DNA of 64,000 bases, taken from Perkinsela sp. CCAP 1560/9. Lineage: Eukaryota > Protista > Euglenozoa: Kinetoplastea. The stretch lies in contig CBFFSA010000003.1 in NCBI GenBank assembly GCA_965644495.1, positions 558,001 to 622,000 of the forward strand. Direction: 5' to 3'. The position numbers and the translations under genes are program-made. Within the stretch, counting starts at the first letter, position 1, and every line of letters starts with the position of its first letter. Below, piece by piece: positions 31,037 through 42,206 of this stretch. A model generated the notes under the pieces. It worked only from the letters and a program-made list of their open reading frames with translations, searched no databases and had not been told where the DNA came from.

Positions 31037-33262
31037 ATGTTTAGTCGTTCCTTTTTTCGCAAACTAACTACACAGCATTTGGCTCGTTTACAAAAGATTC
31101 GAAACATTGGAATCAGTGCCCACATTGACAGTGGTAAGACAACCCTTACTGAACGGATCCTGTTCTATACAGGGAAAATCAAAGCGATTCATGAGGTCAA
31201 GGGAAGCGATGAAATTGGGGCTACAATGGATTCTATGGAACTGGAACGTGAACGCGGGATTACAATACGCTCTGCGGCGACACACTGTCACTGGAAGGAT
31301 ACCCCGATCAATCTCATCGATACTCCTGGACATGTGGACTTTACCATCGAAGTGGAACGTGCGTTACGGGTGTTGGATGGCGCGGTTCTGGTCGTTTGTG
31401 CCGTCGGAGGGGTACAGAGTCAGACAATTACTGTAGACCGTCAGATGCGTCGCTACGGAGTACCGCGTTTGGTTTTCATCAACAAAATGGACCGAGATGG
31501 CGCCAACCCAGAGAAGGCAATCAAGGCGTTGCGGGATAGGCTACACATTAGATGTGCGCCGATGCAGTTACCCATAGGTGTTGCCCACGAATTTGAGGGC
31601 GTCGTAGATATTTTGGACGAGAAGGCTTACTACTTTGAAGGGAAATATGGTGAAAACCTTCGTGCGGAGAACGTTCCTGACTTCTTGTCAAAAGAGGTAC
31701 ATTCTCAAAGACAGGAACTATTTACATTATTAGCTGAAGTCGACCCTGAACTGGAAGATATTTTTCTAAACGACAAGATACCGAGTTCGGAACAGCTAAG
31801 AGCAGCTGTTCGTCGTACGTGCGTGAATCGGACGTTTGTTCCTGTGTTCGTTGGATCGGCGTACAAAAACAAAGGGGTACAGCAGCTCTTGGACGCCGTG
31901 GAAATGTTCCTACCGAATCCGAGGGAAAGGGTAAATAGCGCCTACACCATCAAAGATGTTGCAGACGATGAAGGTTCTTCTCAACGCGTAAGGGGAGAAC
32001 GCGTTGAGCTTGCGAATGATGACGAAAAACCTCTTGTTGCGCTTGCGTTCAAATTGGAAGAAACCAAAAGTACAGGGCTTTCTAATCACGTTCGCGTTTA
32101 TCAAGGGAAGATCCGTAAAGGAGATTCCCTGCGAAATGTTCGAACAGGACAGAATTTCTCTGTCCACAAACTTGTTCGTATGCACTCCAACCATACCGAA
32201 AATGTTGATGAAGTGCGCTGCGGAGAGATTTGTGCGGTACTGGGCGAACTTGGTTTAAGTAGCGGTGATACTATGGTGAAAAATGTTCCGCCGTCAAGTC
32301 CCATGTGGGCTGGTAATATCGTATTAGAAAATATGTTTGTTCCTCCGCCGGTAATGTCTTTTACGATTAAACCGAAAAGGTCTGTCGACAAGCATGAAAT
32401 GGAAACTCGTTTGAAAGCATTTATGAGGGAAGATCCAACATTATGTGTGTCGAACAATGCGGAGACCGGTGAGCTTATCACAGAAGGAATGGGTGAATTA
32501 CATCTTGAAATTTATTTCGAACGGTTGCGCAGGGAGTACGGCATTGACACGATAGTTGGTCGACCAACTGTGAACTACCGCGAAACTATACAAGAAAAGA
32601 TGGTTTTCGACTATACTCATAAACGACAAACAGGAGGACAGGGCCAGTTTGCACATGTGAAAGGTGTTATAGAGCCAATGGAAATCGACTTAAAATCCGA
32701 CGTAGGAGTAAAGAATCGCATTGTACTTCGTTGTCCGAATTCAGAAATTCGAGAAAATTTACAAAAAAGCTTTCTTAAGCAGTTCGAAATGCGTATCCTT
32801 GGCAAAGGTCCAATGATGCGAGCACCTCTGTGGGGGTTTCGTCTAGTTTTAGAAGGTGGCAGCACGCACGATGTTGATTCGACTGATATTGCCTTCAGAG
32901 CTTGTGCACAAAATTTATTTGACGAATACTTTCCCAAATGTAATCCTACTCTTCTTGAGCCATGGATGTCAGTTGAAATCTCAACACCTGGCGACACGTT
33001 TACCGAAGTCATGAGCGAGTTTCAAAGGCGAGGCGGAACTGTGGCGGACACCACCGTAAGCCCTGCGGAAGCTATATTAAATGGTGAAGCAAGTTTGGAT
33101 TCCATGTTCGGATTTATTACCAGATTGCGCTCCTTGACAAAAGGTGTTGGGACATTCAGTATGGAATTCCTAGAATACAGACCTATGAATGTACACACCG
33201 CTCAGGAGATTATTGATCGTCGAAACAAAGAACTGGATCGCGAAACGCCGTTCAGACTGTGA
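31037..33262 (+). CDS. GFM1: Mitochondrial elongation factor G1
   Basis: RNIGISAHIDSGKTTLTERILFYTG, DTPGHVDF, NKMD, GMGELHLEIY, KRQTGGQGQF. Confidence 0.96.
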   Translation: MFSRSFFRKLTTQHLARLQKIRNIGISAHIDSGKTTLTERILFYTGKIKAIHEVKGSDEIGATMDSMELERERGITIRSAATHCHWKDTPINLIDTPGHVDFTIEVERALRVLDGAVLVVCAVGGVQSQTITVDRQMRRYGVPRLVFINKMDRDGANPEKAIKALRDRLHIRCAPMQLPIGVAHEFEGVVDILDEKAYYFEGKYGENLRAENVPDFLSKEVHSQRQELFTLLAEVDPELEDIFLNDKIPSSEQLRAAVRRTCVNRTFVPVFVGSAYKNKGVQQLLDAVEMFLPNPRERVNSAYTIKDVADDEGSSQRVRGERVELANDDEKPLVALAFKLEETKSTGLSNHVRVYQGKIRKGDSLRNVRTGQNFSVHKLVRMHSNHTENVDEVRCGEICAVLGELGLSSGDTMVKNVPPSSPMWAGNIVLENMFVPPPVMSFTIKPKRSVDKHEMETRLKAFMREDPTLCVSNNAETGELITEGMGELHLEIYFERLRREYGIDTIVGRPTVNYRETIQEKMVFDYTHKRQTGGQGQFAHVKGVIEPMEIDLKSDVGVKNRIVLRCPNSEIRENLQKSFLKQFEMRILGKGPMMRAPLWGFRLVLEGGSTHDVDSTDIAFRACAQNLFDEYFPKCNPTLLEPWMSVEISTPGDTFTEVMSEFQRRGGTVADTTVSPAEAILNGEASLDSMFGFITRLRSLTKGVGTFSMEFLEYRPMNVHTAQEIIDRRNKELDRETPFRL

Positions 33263-33689
33263 GATCTATTCGGTGAAACAGCATTTTTTTTTTGAGATTT
33301 TCATTAGCGAATTCTTCGAAGCATAAATTTTTTTTTATTTGCAGCCTGAAAAAGGTACGCAGTTTACTTCATAAATGAAGGTAAATAAGTTGAAGTGTCG
33401 AACTGGTACTCGCTTCCGAGAACTTTAAAAGTTTTGCTTATGTCTTTATGAGGAACGGCGAAATCAATTTATCCCCCCTTTAACAGTACGCAGCTCCAGA
33501 AGACCGCAACTATTTAAATAGTGTAAAATTCTTATTTGGAAGTATATCAGAGATTTCTATTTTTGTAGAAAGAACCCATTAAAAAATTTATTTTTTGTTG
33601 ATTTGCATAGATGAGCGCGCTCGCTCCACCCAGTGATTAGATTTTTCACGCCGAGTTGTAACTTGCACGGATAATCAGTTTTTACAGAC

Positions 33690-34811
33690 ATGGCTTCGAG
33701 ATTTCCATCCTCGAAGGCTGCGCATCTGATTGCTTCTCTAATACAGAGGACTGGTGAGAACACTGCCAGGGAAATTGAATTTGCACCTTTAAAACTTTAC
33801 AACGAAACTCAGAGAGCTTTGGAATTCGCATTACCCACCATGTGTGAGGCTACTCCTGAAACGATGCTGCATGATCTGTACAACACAATGTACATACGTG
33901 AAATGGAGGTGTCATGCGACGTTGCCTACAAGCAAAGGAAAATACGGGGATTTTGCCACTTATACAATGGACAAGAGGGTGTGGCGGTTGGAGTGGAATC
34001 CGCGCTGAAGGACAACGACCTTCTTGTGTCCTCATACCGCTCCCATGCATGGCACGTGTTGCGAGGCGGCACAGCTTTCGAGGTGTTCTCCGAATTGCTT
34101 GGGAAACATTTTGGATGCTGCAAAGGAAAAGGTGGTTCAATGCACCTTTGTAAGGTCTCAGCGAACTATTACGGAGCGAATGGCATAGTTGGGGCTCAAG
34201 TTCCGCACGGCATCGGACTTGCACTAAGCTTGGTATACGACAAATGGAAGGATAGGAGTCCGGAGGCGGTAAGCGTGACCGTTTTTGGCGACGGAGCCGT
34301 TACACAGGGTCAGGTCTGGGAGGCGTACAATATGGCGGCATTGTGGAAACTACCTTGTCTTTTCATATGTGAAAATAACCAATTCTCCATGGGTACTCCG
34401 CTTGAGGGTCATAGTGCGAACGCTCAAATTTACACACAGTGCCGATCGTTTCCAGGCGTTCAAGTCGACGGCATGGATGTTTTCAGTGTGCGAGCTGCAA
34501 CAAGATGGGCTAGGGACTGGGCACTTAAGGGGAATGGTCCCGTGTTGTTAGAGCTGAAATGTTACCGGTATTCAGGACACTCCATGTCCGACCCGGGTAC
34601 TACCTACCGTTCGAAATCTGAGGTGCGGGACATACGACGAAGCCAAGACTGTATTGAACGACTCAAGAAGCACCTTGTTGCGGACACCCTGGTCACCTCA
34701 GAAGGATTTGATAAAATAGAATCCCATGTCAGGGAAGCAATAGCTGAAGAATATGCGCAGGCGGACGCCGGCGCAAGGGTGCAGCTTTCTGAACTCGAAA
34801 CGGACACCTAA
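33690..34811 (+). CDS. PDHA1: Pyruvate dehydrogenase E1 alpha subunit
   Basis: IRGFCHLYNGQE, GKGGSMH, GDGA..QGQ, YRYSGHSMSDPG. Confidence 0.96.
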   Translation: MASRFPSSKAAHLIASLIQRTGENTAREIEFAPLKLYNETQRALEFALPTMCEATPETMLHDLYNTMYIREMEVSCDVAYKQRKIRGFCHLYNGQEGVAVGVESALKDNDLLVSSYRSHAWHVLRGGTAFEVFSELLGKHFGCCKGKGGSMHLCKVSANYYGANGIVGAQVPHGIGLALSLVYDKWKDRSPEAVSVTVFGDGAVTQGQVWEAYNMAALWKLPCLFICENNQFSMGTPLEGHSANAQIYTQCRSFPGVQVDGMDVFSVRAATRWARDWALKGNGPVLLELKCYRYSGHSMSDPGTTYRSKSEVRDIRRSQDCIERLKKHLVADTLVTSEGFDKIESHVREAIAEEYAQADAGARVQLSELETDT

Positions 34812-35370
34812 AGGTATTCTTCAACGAATGACATGCATTCAATAAGCTCACAAGTCCCATACAGCTCAAATTTTGCTCATGTGGGAAATTGTTAATATAA
34901 TAAAATATATAATTGTTAATATAAATTGTTAATATAATTGTTAATACATTTGAGACGTGCCTATAAAGGTAAGAGGATATGTATGCTGGGGGGACATACA
35001 CATTGTGTATTGGAGATATACCTGAATGCATTACGCATTGATGCTCCTCTATGATTCGTATAGCGTACCTGTAGAACCTGTAGTACGGTCCTATGGTACT
35101 TAGTATGTGTACATGTTACACATGTAAAAAAACGTATGCACTTACATAGTATTTGTATTTATGCAAAAATGTCCTCGTTTTTTTATATAAAATTATTACA
35201 AAATTATTATCAAATTGGTCGTGTAGCATTGGTTAGCTCTGACTAGTACTACCCAACTAGCTTGGAACTACTACTGTATATGCGATTTCCTAGTGCTGAA
35301 ACTCTTTCTACTTCCGTTGCATACCATTACCGTAACGTTCATTCTTTCCAGCCGTTTCCATGCAAATGAC

Positions 35371-36834
35371 ATGATCGATAGCCACATTGTCGATCGACGC
35401 TTTGCGCGACTTGGAGATTTAAAGCGCATGTGGTCGAATGTATCACCGAATCTTTCTCAAGCAATATCAGTATGGTCTTTGTTTTGTTTATGTCTTGAGC
35501 AAAACCACCTAGAAAGCATAATTTCGGAAGTTCTGGCATATATTTTTGTCGAGGAACCTCTGTTTATTATTCAGTGCGTGGACGGTAGACTCTCTGTACC
35601 GCTCACACTCAGCACATTCTTCGAAAAGCCTTTTCCAGCAAATCAACGCGTAGAGGAGGCTACAATGCTTGTGTTTGGTGCGACTATGATGCTTGGCATA
35701 TACATCTACATTAATGAAAAAAGATTGCGCAACGGAACACTGGATAATTCAGCAGCGCATGAAACATGTATCCCTGGTGCAAACGCAAAAGTTTATATGG
35801 ACTCCGTTTCTACTACTAATGCTCCCGGAATGTATCCTCCTGTTGAAGCTGTTGAGCATCTAGCCCACCTATTTCAGATTTTGCTTAACCTTGTGGGGAT
35901 TAAGGAATTTGAACTAGTCGATGTCATACGAGAGACTATTCTGAAAATTGATAGCTTAATTACATGTTCCTGTTGGACTCCGTTTAGTGCTGTCCATCCA
36001 CTTCTCCGAAGTACGCTCACCCTTCGCACAGCTCGTTGTCTCCGAGAATGCATTCACTTTGATCCGACACATTATTTTGACACACAAAAGGCATTGAATG
36101 AAAAACACAGACGGCATTTGTCACCTTCCGAGTTTGGTCGGCTAAAAGACGTATTTTTCGACTTCCGTCATGATCAACTACAGGAAGTTTCCTTAGGTTT
36201 TATACAACACGTTCTAGCAGAGGAGAAACGTCTAACAGGTGAGGCAACGCCAACCAACTCTTTCTGTTCAGCAAGGCAACATCATCAGGTGAAATATAAG
36301 GACGCGATTAACTACGATGATAAATGCAAGATAATTACCTCTGAACTCACTTATCATCTTCACATAGCGTTACAGATTGTTATTGTCTGGCTCTGTTCGG
36401 ACACTCGTCGGAAAGATTTTTTTCAGTTCCTAGAAGGTTCTGCTTCGTCGATCATTTCTGTTGACGCCCTAGACGCGCGATCTTCTAGTGTTACCCAAAG
36501 TGATGTTTTCATGAGGTCAAACTTTATGTGTCGTTCCAGGAGATTGCAATATGTTTATGAAATATACGACTTCTTTGGTTCAAAGAATTTTGTAGGGCGA
36601 GAGAGAGGAGAGCACCTTCAAATGAGAGTAATTATGGTAGGCTACATACTACTAAAGAAGGATTCGTTTTGGAAAATCGTGAATCATTGTCAGCAGAGTG
36701 AACTAGTGCTATGTGTTATTGCTTGCTATAGAAAGATACGTTCACTTTTTTCGCACGCACGGAAAAAATTATTTGCGAATAGCCAAGAAAAACGAACTAA
36801 TACAAATACTCCCTATATTTTAGTACGTGAATAG
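35371..36834 (+). CDS. Hypothetical protein
   Basis: Long ORF on the cluster strand; no motif recognised. Confidence 0.7.
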   Translation: MIDSHIVDRRFARLGDLKRMWSNVSPNLSQAISVWSLFCLCLEQNHLESIISEVLAYIFVEEPLFIIQCVDGRLSVPLTLSTFFEKPFPANQRVEEATMLVFGATMMLGIYIYINEKRLRNGTLDNSAAHETCIPGANAKVYMDSVSTTNAPGMYPPVEAVEHLAHLFQILLNLVGIKEFELVDVIRETILKIDSLITCSCWTPFSAVHPLLRSTLTLRTARCLRECIHFDPTHYFDTQKALNEKHRRHLSPSEFGRLKDVFFDFRHDQLQEVSLGFIQHVLAEEKRLTGEATPTNSFCSARQHHQVKYKDAINYDDKCKIITSELTYHLHIALQIVIVWLCSDTRRKDFFQFLEGSASSIISVDALDARSSSVTQSDVFMRSNFMCRSRRLQYVYEIYDFFGSKNFVGRERGEHLQMRVIMVGYILLKKDSFWKIVNHCQQSELVLCVIACYRKIRSLFSHARKKLFANSQEKRTNTNTPYILVRE

Positions 36835-37380
36835 ACACGGAATCCCTGTATCACAACGTTTGAAAGAAATTTGAGGCAAGTCATTGATATTCCAATTGCC
36901 GAAAGGCCCATTGCGTGTACCAAACTATGAAAAGATGCGTCTCAAGATACGAGGTTGAAAACCAACGATCTGTGCCATCATAAAAACGTGTCTCTATAAT
37001 TTGAACGCTTAGATGAATATGAAAGGAAAATGCACATACAAATATATAATGTTACAATGCCTCGCGGGATTGTCTTCTAAGGGATATGTTTCTGTGAGGG
37101 TTAGAACTAACAGAAACTAATCTCTTGATCATTCGTGTACTTGCTCGTAATAATTGAAATACTATTAAAGTTGGAGAAATATTTTCTCCAATATTGCGCC
37201 AACGTATTTTGACACCGTCAGATCTCATAATGTTGTGCTACAATTGTTTCACATGTAATATTATGAGGGCTTGCTGTGTCCAACACTTGCCCGGTTGGAC
37301 CGACCCACATCTTGCAATATCTGACCATAATAATTTCAATAAATATCACTTTCACTTACGACTCATTTATTCAGTATATA

Positions 37381-38303
37381 AACCCCCCACAGCGAAAAGT
37401 CACCCCCCTCTAACTTTTCAGCCAAGTGTCCGTTTGAGCTCATTTTTGTTGCATTTTGCTGTTCCCAACATAAAGACTATGCGCGTTATAGCATGAAACC
37501 AAGGCTCTCAAATGCGTGCATCCGATAGATGGATTATCACTTTCTTCACATTTTTCAAGAGGCCAATTTCTCACACTTTAACAAATTATATCTTCTCCTC
37601 CCATGAGAATTCTAATTATTTTTGTCCGTTTTTGCTGATTTTTGTTGCAAACGAGAGATCTCGTTCTCCTAGCAAAGATCTTTGCCGCTATTTTTTAATA
37701 TTGACCCACTTGTGCCCCCTGGCCGCGGAGTGTTTGTTTTCCTAAATTAGTGTGGTATGACGATGCAAAAAAATCAAACCTAAAAACAATTTTCTTCTTC
37801 AGTTTCTAAAATGATCTAAAAATGGTGGGAACGTGTAGATCTCAGAATTTTGAACGAGAAAATGATATCTTAACCCCCTTAGGCCCCTTCAAGCAAAAAC
37901 TAAAGGGGACAGCTTAAAAAAGGTGATTTATCACCGTTTCAAGAAAGAACCAATCAAAGACAAATATTCCACCACGTGACAAATTGAATGTTTGTTATCT
38001 GTTTTTGATCATTTTTGTTGCAATCGAGAGAGCTCGTTCCCCTAGCGAAGATCTGTGACACCATTTTCATGTTGACCCCCTTCCCCCCCTGGTCGAGGAA
38101 CATGAGATTTTTTGGGTAATATTGGCATGACTATGTAAAAACGTCGTTAAAAAAATGAGTTTTAATTTGTTATCTGTGAAGAGGTCTAAAAACAGCGGGA
38201 ACGTGCAGATCTCAAAATTTTGAACGAAAAAGTGGTGCCGCAACCCCCCTAAGCCTCGTTGTACAAAAAAAAGAGGGGGGTGACTTATTCGTTGCGGGGG
38301 GTT
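37381..38303. mobile_element. Non-autonomous TIR element A with TA TSD and internal ~250-bp diverged duplication
   Basis: TA|AACCCCCCACAGCGAAAAGTCACCCCCCTCT vs AGAGGGGGGTGACTTATTCGTTGCGGGGGGTT|TA; ~37640-37890 resembles ~38012-38260. Confidence 0.85.
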
Positions 38304-38719
38304 TATTGTCACCCCCCCCCTTTATACTTCAGGGGGGTCAACCCCCCCTTTATACTTCCGTTTTCATCCAGATGAAAAATCAGCCCCCTCCCTTTATACT
38401 TCCGGTCCCAAAAAAACTGCGCCGCTTCGCGGCGCAGTTTTTTTTAATAACAATTTTCTACTTTTTTTTATATTAAACGTTAGAGGTGTGTGTAGACATA
38501 TTGCTAGATATACATTTAAATTATTTGCCGTATTTTTTCCCATGTCAATACTCGCAGTGGGTTAAGCTTTATCCCCCTCTTCATCGCGTTCGGCCTCCCA
38601 ACGAAATAGTGGTTTCAAGCGCGGAGCCTGCGACATTACCTGTGTCCGTCGGTTTACCCCAGGGAGGAAAGAACCCAACAATGTAGGAGAAGTTGAATGT
38701 GTCTCATTCGAGTAGAAGT

Positions 38720-39010
38720 GCTCCACAAATAAGCGAGAAGTACGGCGTCTGATCTCGAACCATCCGCTCCATCCGGAAAAATGGTGTCGGATTTTTCCAG
38801 AAAAAAGTAAATCTATCGTAGTTGCAAGCGCGATGGGGTTTGCACAAGAACAAACATGTCGAGATGCGAAAAAATTAACGAACTCCTCCTTAGCGAACTG
38901 GGCGGGATGACAGCTAGCGCGGACATGCGCCTGCTGCAGCAAAGGCGAATGTACCTCGTTTCAAAGACTGTCCCATGAAGCTTCTAATGGTAGATCGTCC
39001 CGACACGTAT
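38720..39010 (+). pseudogene. Remnant of pogo/CENP-B-type transposase N-terminal DNA-binding domains
   Basis: Manual translation gives QISEKYGV*SRTIRSIRKN (HTH-psq/CENP-B-like) and, downstream, EASNGRSSRH (cf. ASNGW..RF..RH); stops and frameshifts present. Confidence 0.6.
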
Positions 39011-39102
39011 TCACTACAGCGTAATAAACAGCGTATGTTGATTGTGTGCAAGAGGAACACGGAAGCCAACATTATGCCCTGCATGTTTGGAGATTGGATA
39101 AA

Positions 39103-39590
39103 GATACAGTTTCTGTACCTTGTTGGTACATTTTCCTTTAGTTCATCTTTTCTTTCCCCGGCAACGGGCATAGTCTTACTGTTATATGCCCGTTGCCGGC
39201 CGGCACTAAGGCCGAAACTGTCCCTCTTTCTCGGCGAAGTAGCGGACGTGCTTCCACCCCATCACCCCTCCCCGGCTCACTCTTTGAGTGAGTTTTCTTC
39301 CCTCCCCGGCTTTCTTCCCTTCGCGCCCTTTCCTTCCCGGGGAGCCATGCGCCATGGTGGCCTCCCTTGAGGACCACTGGGCGTGGCTCTGCCTCGTCTT
39401 ATCGCGAGGCAGCGGTCGGTTGCAGTGCGCCCCTCCGGCTGCGTAAAGAGAGGGCGAGTTACCTGGACCCCCTCTACCGACATAGTCCGTGCTAATCCCC
39501 TTGGTGCGACATCCGTCATTACGGATTGTGCCGATGATATCGGCTGTCGCATCAAGGGCTGTATCTCTGCGCCAACGAGCGTATGAACAT
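39103..39590 (+). ncRNA. Spliced-leader RNA-like locus 1 with structured tail
   Basis: GATACAGTTTCTGTACCTTGTTG|GTAC matches the 3' half of the kinetoplastid SL exon and the GT donor (39126); hairpins follow. 5' and 3' ends are uncertain. Confidence 0.7.
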
Positions 39591-39910
39591 CAAAACATTG
39601 ATTTTTAGCTAGAATAATAGGAAACGAGCGCCGCTAAGCGGCGCATTTTTTTTGCCCCTTTTTCAAAAATATTCGTTTCGCGGATTTTTCAAAAAATCAG
39701 ACCCCCCCCCTTTATACTTCCGAAAGTGAGACCCCCCGTTTATACTTCCAAAAGTACCGAAACCGGCGGAAGTTTAAAGGGGGGGGTGACAGTATTTTTC
39801 AAAGCGTCACTAATTAGTGAAATTCTATCTCCCTGACGATTAAAAGAAGTCTCTGATACTCTAGCAGCGCTACACATCTTCTGAGAGCAAATACTTTCTT
39901 TTCTTTTTTA

Positions 39911-40059
39911 TAAAGGGGGGGCTCGTCTATTGTTGGCAATGGGTCAAAAAAATCTAAATTAATTAAATGTCAACAATAACCGATTTCCAACAATAGGTGA
40001 TTTTATTAGTTTGCCAACAGTAGATGATTGCCAACAATAGACGTACCCCCCCCCCTTTA
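39911..40059. mobile_element. Short MITE (~150 bp) with ~30-bp TIRs
   Basis: TAAAGGGGGGGCTCGTCTATTGTTGGCAAT ... ATTGCCAACAATAGACGTACCCCCCCCCCTTTA; internal CCAACAATAG-like repeats; related solo end at ~5461. Confidence 0.85.
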
Positions 40060-40078
40060 TTATCTTGTAGCTTGGTTT

Positions 40079-41587
40079 ATGATAGGTGTGCTTTCGTTCT
40101 ACACTAGTGTTCCGATTGATGACAGTTTTTCTAAAGGAAGATTCGTCGACAGCATAAGAGCCGACGATGGTACGGATCACAATTTTCAACAAAACAACGC
40201 TACAGTGGACCTTTCTGAGGTCAGCAAAAAGAACCCAGCACCCATTCATGCAGAACCTCAAAGTGCGTGCGAAGATATTCAAGGTGCGATCACTCATGAT
40301 AGGAATGAAGTATGGAAAAAGTGGCAGAAATATTTATCAGAAAATCAGGAATTCCCTTATTTGAATATTGGGGACGAGCCTGAAGCGTATACATTTGTAC
40401 CACTATCGGGGGAAAGTCTAACCATAGGTCGCGGAGGGCCAACAATCCAGATCAAGAAATTTTTTAGAAATCATCGGAATGTTCCTAGAGCTGCGTGTAC
40501 TGTGCAAACGACAACCATACCAACAAGTAGCTCTGAAGATTCAGAGGTCACTTTGCGCTTGAGATGCCTCAGAGGCTTCCTGCGGGTTCATGCGCATGCC
40601 TGTCCAAGTAATTATGAGGAAAATACTTTGATGGACTACGTTCAGCGTGGGTCCGAAACTGAGGCAAATGCACGACAATCCGTAAATTCTAGGCTCCGTA
40701 AATCTCCTCTTTCGAATCAGGTACATCGTTCCGCTACTTCCATTCCGAATTCCAGCACTTCTTGCCCGGACACAACGCCCCGCATATCAAATAACGAAGC
40801 TTCTGAAATGCACACTAAGTTGTCAAAAATAAATAGCTTGGGAGATACCCAGGTGTTTAGCAATCCGAAACAGCGTCGTTCGACGAGCTATAAGATCATG
40901 CCTGGCTCAATTTTTCTTCTTAAGCCTGGAAATATTTTTACATTTGGGAATAGCTCTATCGGGGCTGTTTTTCACTGTTACCATACAAGCGTTTTGTCAC
41001 CCGATTTATTTTACAGACCCCGACTAGAGTTGATAGAAGAAATTATTCGGAATCGTAAAGCATTACTTGGCAACGCGGGTGCGTTGAAAGAGAGTTTGTG
41101 TATATTATTAGAGTTTCTAGACAATCACACCCAAATCACTACCGGTGGCATGGAGGCTAGCTCCACGCAACTGACTCGCAATAGTCGTTTGCCATTGTCG
41201 GAACCTTCGCGCATATTAAGCGATTCTCCATTGCCGATACAAGTCGGATCATATCAATCTTGCGCTTCTCTACTCCGCGGAGTAAAATGTTCAACTAGTT
41301 TTTTTGGTGCTGTTCAGCATTTAGAACAACTTCTAGGCGTAGCGCAGAGACTAACATTTGAAGAGAATCACTCAAATACACAGGAGGACAATGACAGAAG
41401 TGATACAATTGTAGAGCCTTTGTCAACAGTAATAGAAGAACCAATTGTAGTTCCACACAGAGAGACACGGAAAAGGACTGTTTCCTCCCATAAGTTCGCA
41501 CACGAGAAACCGTGTACTACATTATCCGAAAATGCAGAATGGTACAATGGCATTGCAGAGTCTCAGGTCGTAATATACGATCATTAA
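40079..41587 (+). CDS. Hypothetical protein (possible degenerate FHA-like region)
   Basis: Long ORF; LTIGRGG and L.PG.I.TFG motifs loosely FHA-like; ATG at 40079 lies just outside the MITE. Confidence 0.65.
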   Translation: MIGVLSFYTSVPIDDSFSKGRFVDSIRADDGTDHNFQQNNATVDLSEVSKKNPAPIHAEPQSACEDIQGAITHDRNEVWKKWQKYLSENQEFPYLNIGDEPEAYTFVPLSGESLTIGRGGPTIQIKKFFRNHRNVPRAACTVQTTTIPTSSSEDSEVTLRLRCLRGFLRVHAHACPSNYEENTLMDYVQRGSETEANARQSVNSRLRKSPLSNQVHRSATSIPNSSTSCPDTTPRISNNEASEMHTKLSKINSLGDTQVFSNPKQRRSTSYKIMPGSIFLLKPGNIFTFGNSSIGAVFHCYHTSVLSPDLFYRPRLELIEEIIRNRKALLGNAGALKESLCILLEFLDNHTQITTGGMEASSTQLTRNSRLPLSEPSRILSDSPLPIQVGSYQSCASLLRGVKCSTSFFGAVQHLEQLLGVAQRLTFEENHSNTQEDNDRSDTIVEPLSTVIEEPIVVPHRETRKRTVSSHKFAHEKPCTTLSENAEWYNGIAESQVVIYDH

Positions 41588-41914
41588 AATACTGGGGTAA
41601 TAGGCAGTATAAATGCAGGTTGAAAGTGAAATTTTTGAATATTTTTCGAATCGATTTTTTTTGAAAGAAATGTGCAGGAGAAATATTTTCAATACGAATT
41701 CGAACTTCTTTGGACACATACTCCCTATATTTCGGACCTTTTTCACTTCCCAAATGCTCTGTACGAGGTGTACTACTTTGGCCTATTTGCTGCCAGCGGC
41801 CTCAATTTCGCTGTTAACGACGGAAAAAACGGTGTGCTGGCTGCAAAATCACTGTTTCGGGTTAAACGCCCCTTGTGAATGTTGTGTCCATCATGACAAG
41901 AGATCTTCAAGTGG

Positions 41915-42206
41915 GGGGGAGTTAAACCTCGAGAAACCTCTCCCGAATTTTGGTGAAGTCTGGGTGCAGCCTCAAGAAACCTCGATGACACCTTTCGGAA
42001 CGTTGATGAAACTTCGCGAAACCTCAGTGAAACCTCACGAAATGTTGAGAACATGATAAATCCCTGGTCAAGGTTCGTGAAACCTCGTCACCCGCAGCCC
42101 CTCAAGTAAGTGACGACATCTAGAGAGCAATGTTTTCTAGAGGGAATCTAGAAGGAATCTAATAAAAAATCTAAACACTAAAATTTAGTAAATAGGGGGG
42201 ATAGTA
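41915..42206. repeat. Degenerate GAAACCTC short-repeat tract and a decayed element end (AAATAGGGGGGATAG-TA)
   Basis: Recurrent (G)AAACCTC; the end resembles the AAATAGGGGGGGACAG-TA terminus at 52315. Confidence 0.55.

Larger units (their letters stand above)
38306..39792 (+). mobile_element. Internally deleted pogo/Tigger-like element B with TA TSD, carrying an SL-like insert
   Basis: TIR TA|(T)TGTCACCCCCC..TTTATACTTC / GAAGTTTAAAGGGGGGGGTGACAG|TA; subterminal CCCCCTTTATACTTCC repeats at both ends; decayed HTH motifs inside. Confidence 0.85.

Noticed and set aside
39103-39590. Fanzor/TnpB omega-RNA interpretation of the structured RNA inside a transposon
   Set aside because: No RuvC or zinc-finger motifs were recognised in nearby frames; the head matches SL RNA instead
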